Positions 1-10,075 of a stretch of 64,000 nt of DNA are shown here, in pieces; position 1 is the stretch's first letter, and the number at the start of each line of letters is the position of its first letter. The stretch spans positions 20,210 to 84,209 of the forward strand of contig UQMW01000002.1 of NCBI GenBank assembly GCA_900542275.1, written 5' to 3'. Origin of the DNA: an uncultured Collinsella sp. Lineage in GTDB: Bacteria; Actinomycetota; Coriobacteriia; Coriobacteriales; Coriobacteriaceae. The notes beneath the pieces are model-generated. The model was not told where the DNA came from. It did not search any database and saw nothing but the letters and a program-made list of their open reading frames with translations. Position numbers and translations under genes: made by a program.

Positions 1-163
1 TCAAGCATCTTGGGCTCCCATCCCGCAAATATCGGTGGAAATAATCCAATTGTGCGAGAAGGCGCCCCGTGGCGGTAGTGCCGTTCAAGGGTCAAAATGT
101 CCAAATTGATCGAGCGAAGCGTCGGGTTCCGGAACGCGTTCGATGCGCTTGGCAGCCCGGTCG

Positions 164-1168
164 CTAACGCAACATATGCGCGACCAGCTCGGCGCGTGTG
201 CCGATGCCAAGCTTTGCGTATACGCCGGATAGGCGGTTTTTGACGGTGCCCGGCGATACTCCCATATGGCGTGCGATTTCGGCGTTGGTCCACCCACGAC
301 AGGCGAGCATGGCCATGGTGAATTCCGTGGTCGTTAAATCGCCAGCAACGTCCTCGCCCGAATCGGGGTTGTGGATGCGCCGCCAGCCGTAGCTGAAGCG
401 GTACGTGATCTCGATGATGTGCGCGAAGTCGTCAGGGTATTGCGTTTTTAGGCACGCCTCGATAAGCCCCTGCAAAAGGCCGTGGTGCTCGCCGATGAGC
501 TCGATAAGGCCGTCGGGGCGCGCAATGTCCCAAGCGGCTCCAAAATGCGCTTTTGCGGCGTCGATGTCCTTGAGGCTCATGCATGCCATGGAAGCTGCCA
601 GGTGCAGGAACAGTTCCGAGATGGGATAGCTTCCCTGTTTCATAATTAGGGCGTTTTCCGCCATGCCCAGGCTGCGGCCGTATTCGCCGCGCAGATACAA
701 GGCGTGCGCCATCACGTAGCTGGCGAACAGTCGCAGGCCTTCGGGTAGGTGCGCCGCAAGTGGATAAAACTCTTCGGCAGAATACGGGGAAGGCAGGTGC
801 AGCAGGATGCTTGCGGCCGAGGCGAACAGGATATGCGTGGCGTGGACGGCGGACGATTCCTCGTCAGTTGGCGTATCGAGGATGCCCGCAAGACAACGGC
901 GGGCGTCGGCGATACGGTTGAGCGACAGACTGGCGTATCCGCAGATAAAGCATGCGGAATAGCGCAGTGCGGGGTCGGCGGCGTCAAGATAGGGGCGTGC
1001 TGTCTCGGCGGCAAGGGTGGCCTGTCCGCGAAAGTACAGCGCTTCTGCCGTGGCGATGGTGCGTGAATCGGGGTCGGAAATGCCTGCAACCGCAGCGTCA
1101 ATCTGCCCCGGCACAAAGGCAGTGCACATCAACGGCATGGGAACGCATGGGTAGCCATCGCAGTCCAT
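164..1168 (-). CDS. LuxR-family transcriptional regulator
   Basis: C-terminal GerE/LuxR HTH (TTTEFTMAMLACRGWTNAEIARHMGVSPGTVKNRLSGVYAKLGIGTRAELVAHML). Start trimmed to Met62 (MDCDGYPC, ATG at 1168) because the longer ORF 164..1351 overlaps the kinase gene. Confidence 0.7.
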   Translation of the reverse strand: MDCDGYPCVPMPLMCTAFVPGQIDAAVAGISDPDSRTIATAEALYFRGQATLAAETARPYLDAADPALRYSACFICGYASLSLNRIADARRCLAGILDTPTDEESSAVHATHILFASAASILLHLPSPYSAEEFYPLAAHLPEGLRLFASYVMAHALYLRGEYGRSLGMAENALIMKQGSYPISELFLHLAASMACMSLKDIDAAKAHFGAAWDIARPDGLIELIGEHHGLLQGLIEACLKTQYPDDFAHIIEITYRFSYGWRRIHNPDSGEDVAGDLTTTEFTMAMLACRGWTNAEIARHMGVSPGTVKNRLSGVYAKLGIGTRAELVAHMLR

Positions 1169-1236
1169 CTTCCATCTCCCAACAGCTGGCAACAATAGCA
1201 GCAATTGTACTCCTGTTGCTCGGGACCCCTTTTGTT

Positions 1237-2388
1237 TTACTGTTCGGGTAACGCTGCGGATCGTTTTGGAAGGCTTACGAGCATAGTGGTCCCGTTCTCG
1301 GAACTTGTTTCGACCTCTACCGTGCCACCGTGAAGCGCTGCAATCTCCCAAACGAGCGCTAGTCCGAGTCCTGCGCCGCCGTATGCCCTGCTGCGGGATT
1401 TGTCTAGGCGAAAGAACGGTTGGAAGATGCTCTCACGGTACTGCTTGGGTATTCCCGGGCCCTCATCTTTGACTCGCAGGAGCACGTGGTTGTCGCTGTC
1501 GCTGATGGAGACGTTGACAGACGAGCCGGAGCGGCTGTAACGGATGGCGTTTTCGACCAGATTAAACACCAGCCGATAGAGGAGCGTATCACTTCCGATT
1601 GTCAAAGCGTCTCCGGCGTAATCGAGGGTTACGTCCTTATTCTCGGCAAGTGGCGCAAGGTCGGTGAGGACCTCTTCGGACAAGGGACCAAGTTCCACAT
1701 CGTCCTCGCAAGGAACGCTGCGGAGCTCACTCATCTCGAGCAACACCTTGGTCATTCGAGACATGCGCTCGGTTTGTTCTTGTAGCAGGCCGAGCAGCTC
1801 GGCTGTTTCGGGTTGTAAGTTGGAGCGCTCGGAGACAAACAGCTCGATCTGTGCCTGCATAAGGGCGAGCGGGGTTCGCAGCTCGTGCGCGGCGTTGCCG
1901 GTAAATTGACGCTGCGCGGAGAAACCTTCGCCAAGACGGGCGATCATGTCGTTGAAAGAGGCGCTGCATCGTTGTAGCTCGGTGGGCACATCTTCACTGA
2001 GTCTGATTTCGCTTAGGTTGTCAGGCTGCACACGCTCAACCTGGGCTGCAAAAGCCCGTAGCGGTTTGAGCGCATGGCCGCTCACAAAGTATGCCAGCAC
2101 GCCGCCAAGGAGTGTTACTCCAGCCGTGATGTACCAGGCCGTCGTGCCGAAAGACTCCTGTGCGTCGTTTACGACGATCGTGACCTCGTCATCGAGGGCA
2201 GCTTTCGTTGGGTCGAACGCCTGGGGCGAATCTTCGCCGGTTGCGTTAAAGGCCGAGATGTCACTGCCGATGGCATCCATGTAGCGCATGCCCGTATAGC
2301 CGACCAGACAGTTCGTCAGCACGCATGCCGTACACGTGAGCAGTGCCGTCATAATCGTTATGCGCCATTGCAGCGAAAGCCTTTTCAT
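1237..2388 (-). CDS. sensor histidine kinase (TM-HAMP-HisKA-HATPase)
   Basis: H-box FTGNAAHELRTPLA; ATPase motifs NLVENAIRYS and GGAGLGLALVWEIAALHGG; N-terminal TM segments; ATGA overlap with the upstream response regulator stop. Confidence 0.85.
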   Translation of the reverse strand: MKRLSLQWRITIMTALLTCTACVLTNCLVGYTGMRYMDAIGSDISAFNATGEDSPQAFDPTKAALDDEVTIVVNDAQESFGTTAWYITAGVTLLGGVLAYFVSGHALKPLRAFAAQVERVQPDNLSEIRLSEDVPTELQRCSASFNDMIARLGEGFSAQRQFTGNAAHELRTPLALMQAQIELFVSERSNLQPETAELLGLLQEQTERMSRMTKVLLEMSELRSVPCEDDVELGPLSEEVLTDLAPLAENKDVTLDYAGDALTIGSDTLLYRLVFNLVENAIRYSRSGSSVNVSISDSDNHVLLRVKDEGPGIPKQYRESIFQPFFRLDKSRSRAYGGAGLGLALVWEIAALHGGTVEVETSSENGTTMLVSLPKRSAALPEQ

Positions 2389-3059
2389 TCGCTATCCTCC
2401 ATAACGTAGCCCTCTCCAATCCGATTGCGAATCGGGTCGTATCCCAAAGCGCTGCGCAACTTTTTTCGGAGCGACGAGATATGAACGCGGGTTGCGTTGC
2501 TAAAGCTGTTCACGCTGCTATCCCAAACGTGCTCGATAAGCTCCTCTTGGCTTACCGGTCGCCCCTGATTAAGCATCAGATATTCCAAGATTCCCGTTTC
2601 CTTGCGTGTAAGAGATAGAGCCTCGCTGTCCACGGAAGCGATGCGCGCCTTGGTGTCAAAGCGGAGCTTTCCGCAGGTTAATACTATGTCGCTTTGTGTA
2701 AAGCGCCTGAGGGTAAGGCTGCGAATTCTTGCCGCAAGCTCGTCCAGATGAAACGGCTTGGTGAGGTAATCGTTGGCGCCGGCATCGAGTCCGGCGACTT
2801 TATCGGATACTTCGCCACGTGCGGACAGAATCAGTACCTTGGTCTCGCAGTCAGTTTTCCTAAGTTCCCTGAGTACGGTCATGCCGTCGATACGGGGAAG
2901 GTTGAGGTCAAGTACCACGAGGTCGAAGGCCTCAACGTCCAGTAGGTCGAGCGCCTCCTGTCCGTCGTGACAGCAGTCGACGCTGTACGCCAAGTTTCGC
3001 AAGCTGCGCGCGATTGCATCGCACAGTGCTCGCTCGTCTTCGACGATCAAAATACGCAT
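2385..3059 (-). CDS. OmpR-family response regulator
   Basis: MRILIVEDE...DLVVLDLNLPRIDG receiver domain plus C-terminal winged-helix (LTRKETGILEYLMLNQGRPVS...RVHISSLRKKL). Start set at the MRILIV Met (3059). Confidence 0.9.
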   Translation of the reverse strand: MRILIVEDERALCDAIARSLRNLAYSVDCCHDGQEALDLLDVEAFDLVVLDLNLPRIDGMTVLRELRKTDCETKVLILSARGEVSDKVAGLDAGANDYLTKPFHLDELAARIRSLTLRRFTQSDIVLTCGKLRFDTKARIASVDSEALSLTRKETGILEYLMLNQGRPVSQEELIEHVWDSSVNSFSNATRVHISSLRKKLRSALGYDPIRNRIGEGYVMEDSE

Positions 3060-3170
3060 AACAGTCTCCTTGCACATTCCAAATCGCGCTTAACACGGAT
3101 TTTATAGTCGATATGGTCCAATGGTCGCGTAACGAAAGGAGTGGTCAGGTTGTTCAAAGCGGTAAAACCC

Positions 3171-3296
3171 ATGGTACAGGTCGCTTTGTTGATCGTCGGA
3201 ATTGCCATGGTGTGCTTTGGCGTTATGCGTGGCGAGGCGGATGCCGTGCTGGCCAAAGCGATTAGGCTGTGCTTGGAGTGTATCGGAATTGGATAA
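3171..3296 (+). CDS. small CXXC membrane peptide, CD1871A-like family (41 aa)
   Basis: Not in the ORF track (under 60 aa). ATG 3171 gives MVQVALLIVGIAMVCFGVMRGEADAVLAKAIRLCLECIGIG*. One TM helix and a C-terminal CLECIGIG, as I recall for the CD1871A CXXC family that precedes 4Fe-4S/thioredoxin genes. Confidence 0.65.
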   Translation: MVQVALLIVGIAMVCFGVMRGEADAVLAKAIRLCLECIGIG

Positions 3297-4191
3297 AAGA
3301 GAAAACACTGCGTCGCATGTTTTGGCTCGATTTCGCGGATTCATTCAGGCGGCGGCGACGCTCGTCACCAACATTCACCTGCCAAACTTTGCCAAAGGCG
3401 GCATCTATCAGGGCGCGGGAAAAACAGTCTGCGTACCTGGACTTAATTGCTATTCGTGCCCCGCGGCATCGGGTGCGTGCCCCATCGGGTCGTTCCAGTC
3501 GGTGGTAGGTTCATCCAAGTTCAACTTTTCTTATTACGTCACCGGTACGCTCATTTTGCTCGGCGTGCTGCTGGGACGCTTTGTATGCGGCTTTCTGTGC
3601 CCGTTTGGCTGGCTGCAGGAGCTGCTGCATAAGATCCCCGGCAAAAAGCTTTCGACAAAAAGGCTCAAGCCGCTCACGTACATCAAGTACGTCGTGCTGC
3701 TGTTTGCCGTGGTGCTGCTGCCCGTCTTGGTGGTTAACGACGTGGGCATGGGCGACCCGTTCTTTTGTAAGTACATCTGTCCGCAGGGTGTGCTCGAGGG
3801 CGCCATTCCGCTGGCCATTGCCAATGCCGGCATTCGATCTGCGTTGGGACATCTCTTTACTTGGAAACTTGCCGTTCTCATTGCCGTGGTAGTGCTGAGC
3901 GTTTTGTTCTACCGCCCCTTCTGCAAATGGATTTGCCCGCTCGGCGCATTCTATGCGCTCATGAATAGGGTGTCCCTACTGGGGATTCGGGTTGACGCAT
4001 GCAAATGTGTCTCGTGCGGCAAGTGCTCAAAGGTTTGTCAGATGGACGTTGATGTGGTCCGCTCGCCCAATCACGCCGAATGTATCCGGTGCGGAAAGTG
4101 CATCGGGGCCTGTCCCGTCGATGCCATCAGCTATCGCTATGGCCTGGATGTGTCGGCGGAAAAGCTTCCCTTGACCGCCGATAAAAAGTAA
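3289..4191 (+). CDS. membrane 4Fe-4S binding protein (NapH/MauN-like polyferredoxin)
   Basis: Repeated CPxG motifs (CPIGSFQ, CPFGWLQE, CPQGVLEG, CPLGAFY) in TM context plus CVSCGKCSKVCQ and CIRCGKCIGACP ferredoxin motifs. The track ORF starts at 3202 but overlaps the small CXXC gene. A TTG at 3289 overlapping its stop is proposed; the start is uncertain. Confidence 0.75.
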   Translation: MDKRENTASHVLARFRGFIQAAATLVTNIHLPNFAKGGIYQGAGKTVCVPGLNCYSCPAASGACPIGSFQSVVGSSKFNFSYYVTGTLILLGVLLGRFVCGFLCPFGWLQELLHKIPGKKLSTKRLKPLTYIKYVVLLFAVVLLPVLVVNDVGMGDPFFCKYICPQGVLEGAIPLAIANAGIRSALGHLFTWKLAVLIAVVVLSVLFYRPFCKWICPLGAFYALMNRVSLLGIRVDACKCVSCGKCSKVCQMDVDVVRSPNHAECIRCGKCIGACPVDAISYRYGLDVSAEKLPLTADKK

Positions 4192-4220
4192 ACAAGCTTC
4201 GACAAAACGGAGGAATGACC

Positions 4221-5192
4221 ATGAAGCTTTCTAAGATTGCGGCCCTGTTTATGGTGCCGGTATTGGCCTTGTGCCTTGTGGCATGTTCGGCGCCCGGTGG
4301 CAATGCGAGCGAATCTGCGAGCTCCGATCCTAAGATCGCAGAGCTCACTGCGCAGAAGCCGGCCAATGCCGACGAGGCCGCCGAGCTGTATGCGAAGCTC
4401 ATGCAGAAGGAGAACGAGATCTTTTCGAGTGATAACGCGCTGTGGGAAAAGGTATTCAATGCGGCAAATAAAGACTCGGCAATGATTGAGGATGGCAGCA
4501 ATTACGGCGATTTTCTGCTCAAGACCATCGACGGCGCCAAGGATGAGTTCACGGCGGATGAGCTTAAGACACTCAAGGCCGGTGCACAGCAGATCAAGGA
4601 GATCGAGGACAAGCTCGAGAGCCTGGAGAAGGAGTTCCCCGGCTGTGGAAGCACGCCGAGTGCAGGCGAGAGCGTCGACGCTTCGACCGCTGGCATGACG
4701 GCTGGTGCCAATGCTTCGAGCGAGACGACGAAGTTCCCCAGCTTTACGGGCAAAGACCTGGATGGCAACGACGTGAGCAGCGACGAGCTGTTCTCTAAGA
4801 ACAAAGTCACCGTCATGAACTTCTGGTTCACCACTTGCAAGCCATGCGTGGGCGAGCTGGGCGATCTTGAGAAACTGAATCAGGAGCTTGCCGAGAAGGG
4901 CGGCCAGGTCGTGGGCGTCAATTCCTTTACGCTCGATGGCAACAAGGGCGAGATTGCAGATGCCAAGGACGTGCTGAGCAAGAAGGGCGTGACGTATAAG
5001 AACATCTGGTTCAAGTCGGATAGCGATGCCGGTAAGTTTACGTCAAATTTGTTCTCGTTCCCGACAACGTATGTCATCGATCAGAATGGCAACATCGTAG
5101 GGGATCCAATCGTGGGAGCCATCAGCTCCGCTGAGCAGCGCGCAGCGCTCGACAAGCTTATTGACCAGGCGATTGCGAATAGCGAGCAGTAG
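4221..5192 (+). CDS. TlpA/ResA-like thiol-disulfide oxidoreductase lipoprotein
   Basis: Lipobox LALCLVAC; thioredoxin fold with FWFTTCKPCVGE (CxxC). GGAGGA RBS favours ATG 4221 over 4215. Confidence 0.85.
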   Translation: MKLSKIAALFMVPVLALCLVACSAPGGNASESASSDPKIAELTAQKPANADEAAELYAKLMQKENEIFSSDNALWEKVFNAANKDSAMIEDGSNYGDFLLKTIDGAKDEFTADELKTLKAGAQQIKEIEDKLESLEKEFPGCGSTPSAGESVDASTAGMTAGANASSETTKFPSFTGKDLDGNDVSSDELFSKNKVTVMNFWFTTCKPCVGELGDLEKLNQELAEKGGQVVGVNSFTLDGNKGEIADAKDVLSKKGVTYKNIWFKSDSDAGKFTSNLFSFPTTYVIDQNGNIVGDPIVGAISSAEQRAALDKLIDQAIANSEQ

Positions 5193-5446
5193 AAAACGCG
5201 TAAAGCATGGCGAAGACCGTGCGCCGCTGTGCGAAGTAGTCCGCTACCTTTCAAGACAAGCTCCACCATGTAGAGGTCCCGCTCGGGATCTCTTCTTTTG
5301 GGCGCCGTCCCGTTCGTTTTTTGATGCGGTTCCCTACATTCCTCACTGGCGCCGGCAAAAAATGGGGATAGAGTAGGACAAACGCGTCGAATACGAACGG
5401 CGGGGGAGAGTGGGCGAGTGCGCCCGCGTGGGAGAGGTTGCCGTCC

Positions 5447-8400
5447 ATGTTGGAGCTCAAAGGTATTTGCAAAAGATACGTTACGCAGTCGTTTACGCAG
5501 GTGGCGCTCGACAACGTGAGCCTGTCTTTTCGGGATAACGAGTTCGTGGCCATTCTGGGTCCCTCGGGTTCGGGTAAAACCACGATGCTCAACGTTATCG
5601 GCGGACTGGACCATTTCGATTCCGGCGACCTGCTCATCGACGGCATCTCGACCAAGGACTTTCGCGATCGCGATTGGGATGCCTATCGCAACAACCGCAT
5701 CGGCTTTGTGTTCCAGAGCTATAACCTCATTCCACATCAGACCATTTTGGAAAACGTGGAGCTGGCGCTCACGCTCACGGGCGTGGGGCATGCCGAGCGC
5801 CGCCAGCGTGCGCGCGAGGCGCTGGAGAAAGTCGGCCTGGGCGAGCACGTTAACAAGCGTCCGAGTCAGCTGTCGGGCGGGCAAATGCAGCGCGTGGCCA
5901 TTGCCCGCGCCCTGATTAACGATCCCGAGATTGTGCTGGCAGACGAGCCGACCGGTGCCTTGGATTCAACGACATCCGTACAGGTCATGGATCTGCTCAA
6001 GGATGTTGCGCGCGACCGTCTGGTCATCATGGTCACGCACAATCCCGAGCTGGCGTACCAGTACGCCACGCGTATCGTCAACCTGGCGGACGGTAAGATC
6101 ACCGACGATTCCGACCCCTTCGATGTTGCCAAGGCCGCACGTCGCGAGGCTAAGCCTACGCGCAAAACCTCGATGAGCTTTGCGACGGCGCTGGGACTTT
6201 CTGCCCGAAACCTCATGACCAAGAAGGGCCGCACGGCCATGACTGCCTTTGCGGGCTCGATTGGCATTATCGGTATCGCGGCGATTCTGGCGCTGTCCAA
6301 TGGCGTAAACGGCTACATCAAAAAGGTCGAGGAGGATACGCTCTCGAGCTACCCACTCACCATTTCCAAGCAGGATTACGACCTGTCATCCATGATGGGC
6401 GGGCAGGGTGCTGCGGATGATGACTCGCCTGAAAACGTGGATTCGTCCGACGACAGTGCCGGCGGCAAGGCTAAGGGAACCGATAAGATTCCTGTGGTCA
6501 CGGCCGTAAAGGATATGTTTGCGAGCGTTAAGTCCAACGACATGACGAGCTTCAAGGCATGGCTCGATGCCGGTGGCGACGGCATCGATAAAGAGGTCAA
6601 CGCCATTCAGTACGGCTACGGTGTATCGCCGGTTGTCTATCGTGCCGGCAAGGGCGATGAGAAGCCTGTCCGGCTGGTGCCCAACGCCATGACCGAGGCC
6701 ATGAGCGGAGGCGCGAGCTCGGCGGCAACGGTGAGCATGGAATCCATGGGAACCTCGGTCTTTAACGAGATGATTGACGATCAGAGCCTGCTCGACAGCC
6801 AGTACGATGTCGTCGCCGGTCATTGGCCCACGTCTGCCAACGAAGCCGTGATGGTGCTTTCGAGCCGCGGCACGGTGGGCGACTATACGCTCTATAGCAT
6901 CGGTGCGCTGGATATCGATGAGCTCAACGATCTGGTAAACAGCGCTATGACGGCTGACGGTGGGGTCGAAACGCCCGAGACCGGCACCGACTTTACCTAC
7001 GACGATGCGCTGTCTACCACGTTTAAGGTGCTGTCGCCGGCTGATGCGTATCGTAAAAACGAAGAGACCGGCATGTGGACTGACATGTCTGGCGATGCCG
7101 ACTTTATGGCGTCCAAGGTTGCTGACGGTATCGACGTGCGCATTGTGGGCGTGGTGCGACCCAACGAGACGGCTAACGCGAGTGCATTGTCCCCGGGCAT
7201 TGCCTACACGCATGCGCTGACTCGCCAGCTTATGGAGCGCGCTGCCGATTCGCAGATCGTGCAGGAGCAGCTTGCCCACCCCGAGACGGATGTCTTTACG
7301 GGTAAAACCTTTGATGAGCTGCAAGGCGAGGCCAAGCAAGGCGTTGATTTGGGCAGCATGTTCAGCGTGGACGAGGCGGCACTGAAGAGCGCGTTCTCGT
7401 TCGATACGTCTGCGCTTTCGGGCACGGCCAGCGGTATGGACCTTTCTGGTATCGACTTGTCCGGTTTGGACATTGACCTTTCGGGCGTTGGGAAGGACAT
7501 CGACTTCAGCGACATCATGGTCAAAGCGCCGGCTCCAGATTTCTCGGGCATCTTTGACGGTCTGGAGCTCACACCCGAGCAAATGCAGCAGGTGGGAACG
7601 CTTGCCAACCAGCTGTTTGAGGGCTTTATGCAGTCGGATCAGTTTAAGGCGCTGTCGCCCGAAGATCTTAAGGACGCGTCAAAGCTCGCTGCCGCATTCT
7701 CGACGTATCTTGAGAATGATGCCGCAGCCCAGCAATGCCTGGCTCAATTGAAGGCGCTCGGCGGCGATGCCCTGGCCGAGCGCCTGCAGCAGGCGATGAC
7801 CGACTATGTACAAAAGCAGCTGGCTCCGTATCTGCAGCGGGCTATGGATCAGGTGATGAAGTCGATCAGCGATCAGATTGCGGCGACGGTATCGTCCCAG
7901 CTCAAGGCGGGCGCAGCGGGGCTTATGGACCAGATGGCGACGCAGATGTCTTCGAGTTTTGCCAACCTGGCGAGCGCCATGCACGTGGACGCGAGCGCCT
8001 TTGCTCGTGCCATCCATTTCAACATGGACGCCGAGGACCTGAGTTCGCTCATGATGAGCTATGCCAAGGCTTCGAAGCTCACCTACGACAACAATCTGAC
8101 CACGTTGGGCTATGCGGATGAGGCAGACCCCATCTCGGTTAAGATTTTCCCGCGCGACTTTGAGGCCAAGGAGCGCGTACTCGATCACATCGATGCGTAC
8201 AACAAGCAGGTCAAAGCCGCCGGTCATGATGATCGGGTAATTTCGTACACCGACTACATGGGCATCATCATGGGTTCGGTGACCGACATCGTGAACACCA
8301 TCAGCTTGGTGCTCATTGCATTCGTGAGCATCAGCCTGGTCGTGAGCTCCATCATGATTGGCATCATCACCTACATCAGCGTGCTGGAGCGCAAAAAGGA

Positions 8401-8701
8401 GATTGGCATCCTGCGCGCGATCGGCGCGTCGAAGCGCAACGTGGCCAACGTATTCAATGCCGAGACATGTATCGAGGGCCTCGTTGCCGGCGTCTTTGCT
8501 ATTGTCGTCGTGGTGGCCGTGAGCTTCCCGGTTAATGCCTGGGCGCTTGCTGCCAAACAGGTCCCCAATCTGATGAGCCTGCCCGTGCAGGATGCGCTGG
8601 TGCTCATTGCAATTTCGGTGCTGCTGACGGTCGTTGCCGGTCTGCTGCCGGCTCGCAGCGCATCCAAAAAAGACCCCGTCGAAGCCCTGCGCTCCGAATA
8701 A
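5447..8701 (+). CDS. MacB-type ABC transporter, fused ATPase and FtsX-family permease with very large extracytoplasmic domain
   Basis: Walker A GPSGSGKTT, signature LSGGQMQRVAIARAL, Walker B VLADEPTGALD; C-terminal FtsX-like TM bundle (ERKKEIGILRAIGASKRNV). ATG 5447 is preferred over TTG 5438 by RBS spacing. Confidence 0.85.
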   Translation: MLELKGICKRYVTQSFTQVALDNVSLSFRDNEFVAILGPSGSGKTTMLNVIGGLDHFDSGDLLIDGISTKDFRDRDWDAYRNNRIGFVFQSYNLIPHQTILENVELALTLTGVGHAERRQRAREALEKVGLGEHVNKRPSQLSGGQMQRVAIARALINDPEIVLADEPTGALDSTTSVQVMDLLKDVARDRLVIMVTHNPELAYQYATRIVNLADGKITDDSDPFDVAKAARREAKPTRKTSMSFATALGLSARNLMTKKGRTAMTAFAGSIGIIGIAAILALSNGVNGYIKKVEEDTLSSYPLTISKQDYDLSSMMGGQGAADDDSPENVDSSDDSAGGKAKGTDKIPVVTAVKDMFASVKSNDMTSFKAWLDAGGDGIDKEVNAIQYGYGVSPVVYRAGKGDEKPVRLVPNAMTEAMSGGASSAATVSMESMGTSVFNEMIDDQSLLDSQYDVVAGHWPTSANEAVMVLSSRGTVGDYTLYSIGALDIDELNDLVNSAMTADGGVETPETGTDFTYDDALSTTFKVLSPADAYRKNEETGMWTDMSGDADFMASKVADGIDVRIVGVVRPNETANASALSPGIAYTHALTRQLMERAADSQIVQEQLAHPETDVFTGKTFDELQGEAKQGVDLGSMFSVDEAALKSAFSFDTSALSGTASGMDLSGIDLSGLDIDLSGVGKDIDFSDIMVKAPAPDFSGIFDGLELTPEQMQQVGTLANQLFEGFMQSDQFKALSPEDLKDASKLAAAFSTYLENDAAAQQCLAQLKALGGDALAERLQQAMTDYVQKQLAPYLQRAMDQVMKSISDQIAATVSSQLKAGAAGLMDQMATQMSSSFANLASAMHVDASAFARAIHFNMDAEDLSSLMMSYAKASKLTYDNNLTTLGYADEADPISVKIFPRDFEAKERVLDHIDAYNKQVKAAGHDDRVISYTDYMGIIMGSVTDIVNTISLVLIAFVSISLVVSSIMIGIITYISVLERKKEIGILRAIGASKRNVANVFNAETCIEGLVAGVFAIVVVVAVSFPVNAWALAAKQVPNLMSLPVQDALVLIAISVLLTVVAGLLPARSASKKDPVEALRSE

Positions 8702-8740
8702 TGTGACAAAGGTGGGACAAAGGGACTGTCCCTTTGTCCC
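8701..8740. repeat. variant copy of the GTGACAAAGGGAC palindrome family
   Basis: Half-site ATGTGACAAAGG followed by GGGACAAAGGGAC-T-GTCCCTTTGTCCC (13-bp perfect arms). It starts on the last base of the ABC gene stop codon. Confidence 0.8.
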
Positions 8741-8747
8741 TTTGCGC

Positions 8748-9881
8748 CTAGCTCGTTTTGCCCACCAACGTGATACGGATGCTTGGATGGGTGTACTCGT
8801 CAAACTCGTCCTCGGGCTCCGTGTCAAACGAATAGTACGTTTTGATGGGGTCGTCGCTCGTCCTGATGGAGATTCTCTCGTAGAGCGAACCGTTCAAAAA
8901 AGCCTGCCTAAACTCTTCGGGGAGCTTTTGCGGTGCTAGGAGCTCGGGACTCATGGTCTTGACGTCTACGGTTTGGACGACAGAGGAAAGCTCGTCCAAG
9001 TCGAGTTCGATGCGGGCGAGGTTGTCCTCAAGGCTCGCGTGGGGGTCGATCTCCGCTATGTAACTCACTTCCTTGAGCGTTCCCTTGTTGTCGAAATCCA
9101 GGTACGTATAGGTTTTCTGGGTATCGGAGTCGCCTTCGTGCAGATAGCCGCGGACGTGATAGCCGTAATCTTGATATCGCTCGAAGGGGTCATCGGCGGA
9201 CACGTACTCGCATGCGGGCTCTAGCGCTTTGCGGGCGATGGCGATCTGCTCGGCCGTGGCCGTGGCGTTCTCTTGCATCTCGATGTTTCCCTGTGCCAAC
9301 TGCGGGATATAGGTACCGCACACGATTGCGAGGGGCAGCGCCACAAGCGCGATGATCCACTTTTTTGCACGTGGGATAGGCACGCTATAGGCCTCCGCCA
9401 TGGCCTTTGCGTTAGCGAAGCTCTCGGTAAGCACGTCCGCTGCGGTGGCGACGGCGCCTACGGCAGCGGCGACTTCTGCCGCGCCGCCCAAGTTGCGCGC
9501 GGTCTCGTTGTCGCTGTTCTTGAGTAGGCGCGCGGCGGCCTGCGTGCCAATAACGCCTGCGATTTGTGCAGAGCGGTCTTTCTCGGACTGCTCGACGGCG
9601 AGTCGGTGCTGCATTTCTTTCCACTGCTTGCCGCGCATGCCAAAGCGCGGCGCGAGCGCGCAGTAGCAGAAGATGACGAGCTCGATGGCGGTGAGCACCA
9701 GGGCGGCCATCATGCCCGTCTCCTGGAAGCCTTCGTGATGGAAGACGATGTCGTCGATCATCTCGAAGGGAATGATCAAAAATGGCAGCACGAACGCCAT
9801 GGCAAGCGCCGCACCGGCAACCTTGGGACAGATGCAGTATCGCTGGATGCGCTTGCGTTCTTGTTCGGAAAGTGTAGCCAT
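8748..9881 (-). CDS. hypothetical membrane protein
   Basis: 377-aa ORF with 3 predicted TM segments and a C-terminal soluble domain. No recognisable motif. High-G+C coding-like composition and no competing ORF. Confidence 0.55.
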   Translation of the reverse strand: MATLSEQERKRIQRYCICPKVAGAALAMAFVLPFLIIPFEMIDDIVFHHEGFQETGMMAALVLTAIELVIFCYCALAPRFGMRGKQWKEMQHRLAVEQSEKDRSAQIAGVIGTQAAARLLKNSDNETARNLGGAAEVAAAVGAVATAADVLTESFANAKAMAEAYSVPIPRAKKWIIALVALPLAIVCGTYIPQLAQGNIEMQENATATAEQIAIARKALEPACEYVSADDPFERYQDYGYHVRGYLHEGDSDTQKTYTYLDFDNKGTLKEVSYIAEIDPHASLEDNLARIELDLDELSSVVQTVDVKTMSPELLAPQKLPEEFRQAFLNGSLYERISIRTSDDPIKTYYSFDTEPEDEFDEYTHPSIRITLVGKTS

Positions 9882-10032
9882 AGCTGGTCCTTGGTGTCGT
9901 AGCGGTCGTTGCGGCGCACGGGGCGTCAGTCTGGGCTAGCGCTGGATAAGAAATATGTGACTCAGTATAGAGAACCCCCGCCCTCAATGTGCGCTCGATC
10001 ATACAGCAAAGGTGCGATGGCAAGGGCGTATT

Positions 10033-10061
10033 ATGTGACAAAGACAGTCCCTTTGTCACAT
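10033..10061. repeat. GTGACAAAGGGAC palindrome family copy
   Basis: ATGTGACAAAGACAGTCCCTTTGTCACAT, 15 nt upstream of the dus-like start. Confidence 0.85.
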
Positions 10062-10075
10062 TGATTTGAGAATGG

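Noticed and set aside
1-163. Possible partial gene at the left window edge
   Set aside because: Plus-strand frame 1 is open only to a TAG at 76..78, and the minus strand is open off the edge. There is no recognisable motif in about 25-50 codons, so no call was made.
6386-7582. 398-aa ORF on the minus strand inside the MacB-type ABC gene
   Set aside because: It is fully antisense to a gene with clear ABC/FtsX motifs. The translated sequence is Arg/Ala/His/Gly-rich and low-complexity, typical of high-G+C antisense frames, and has no motifs.
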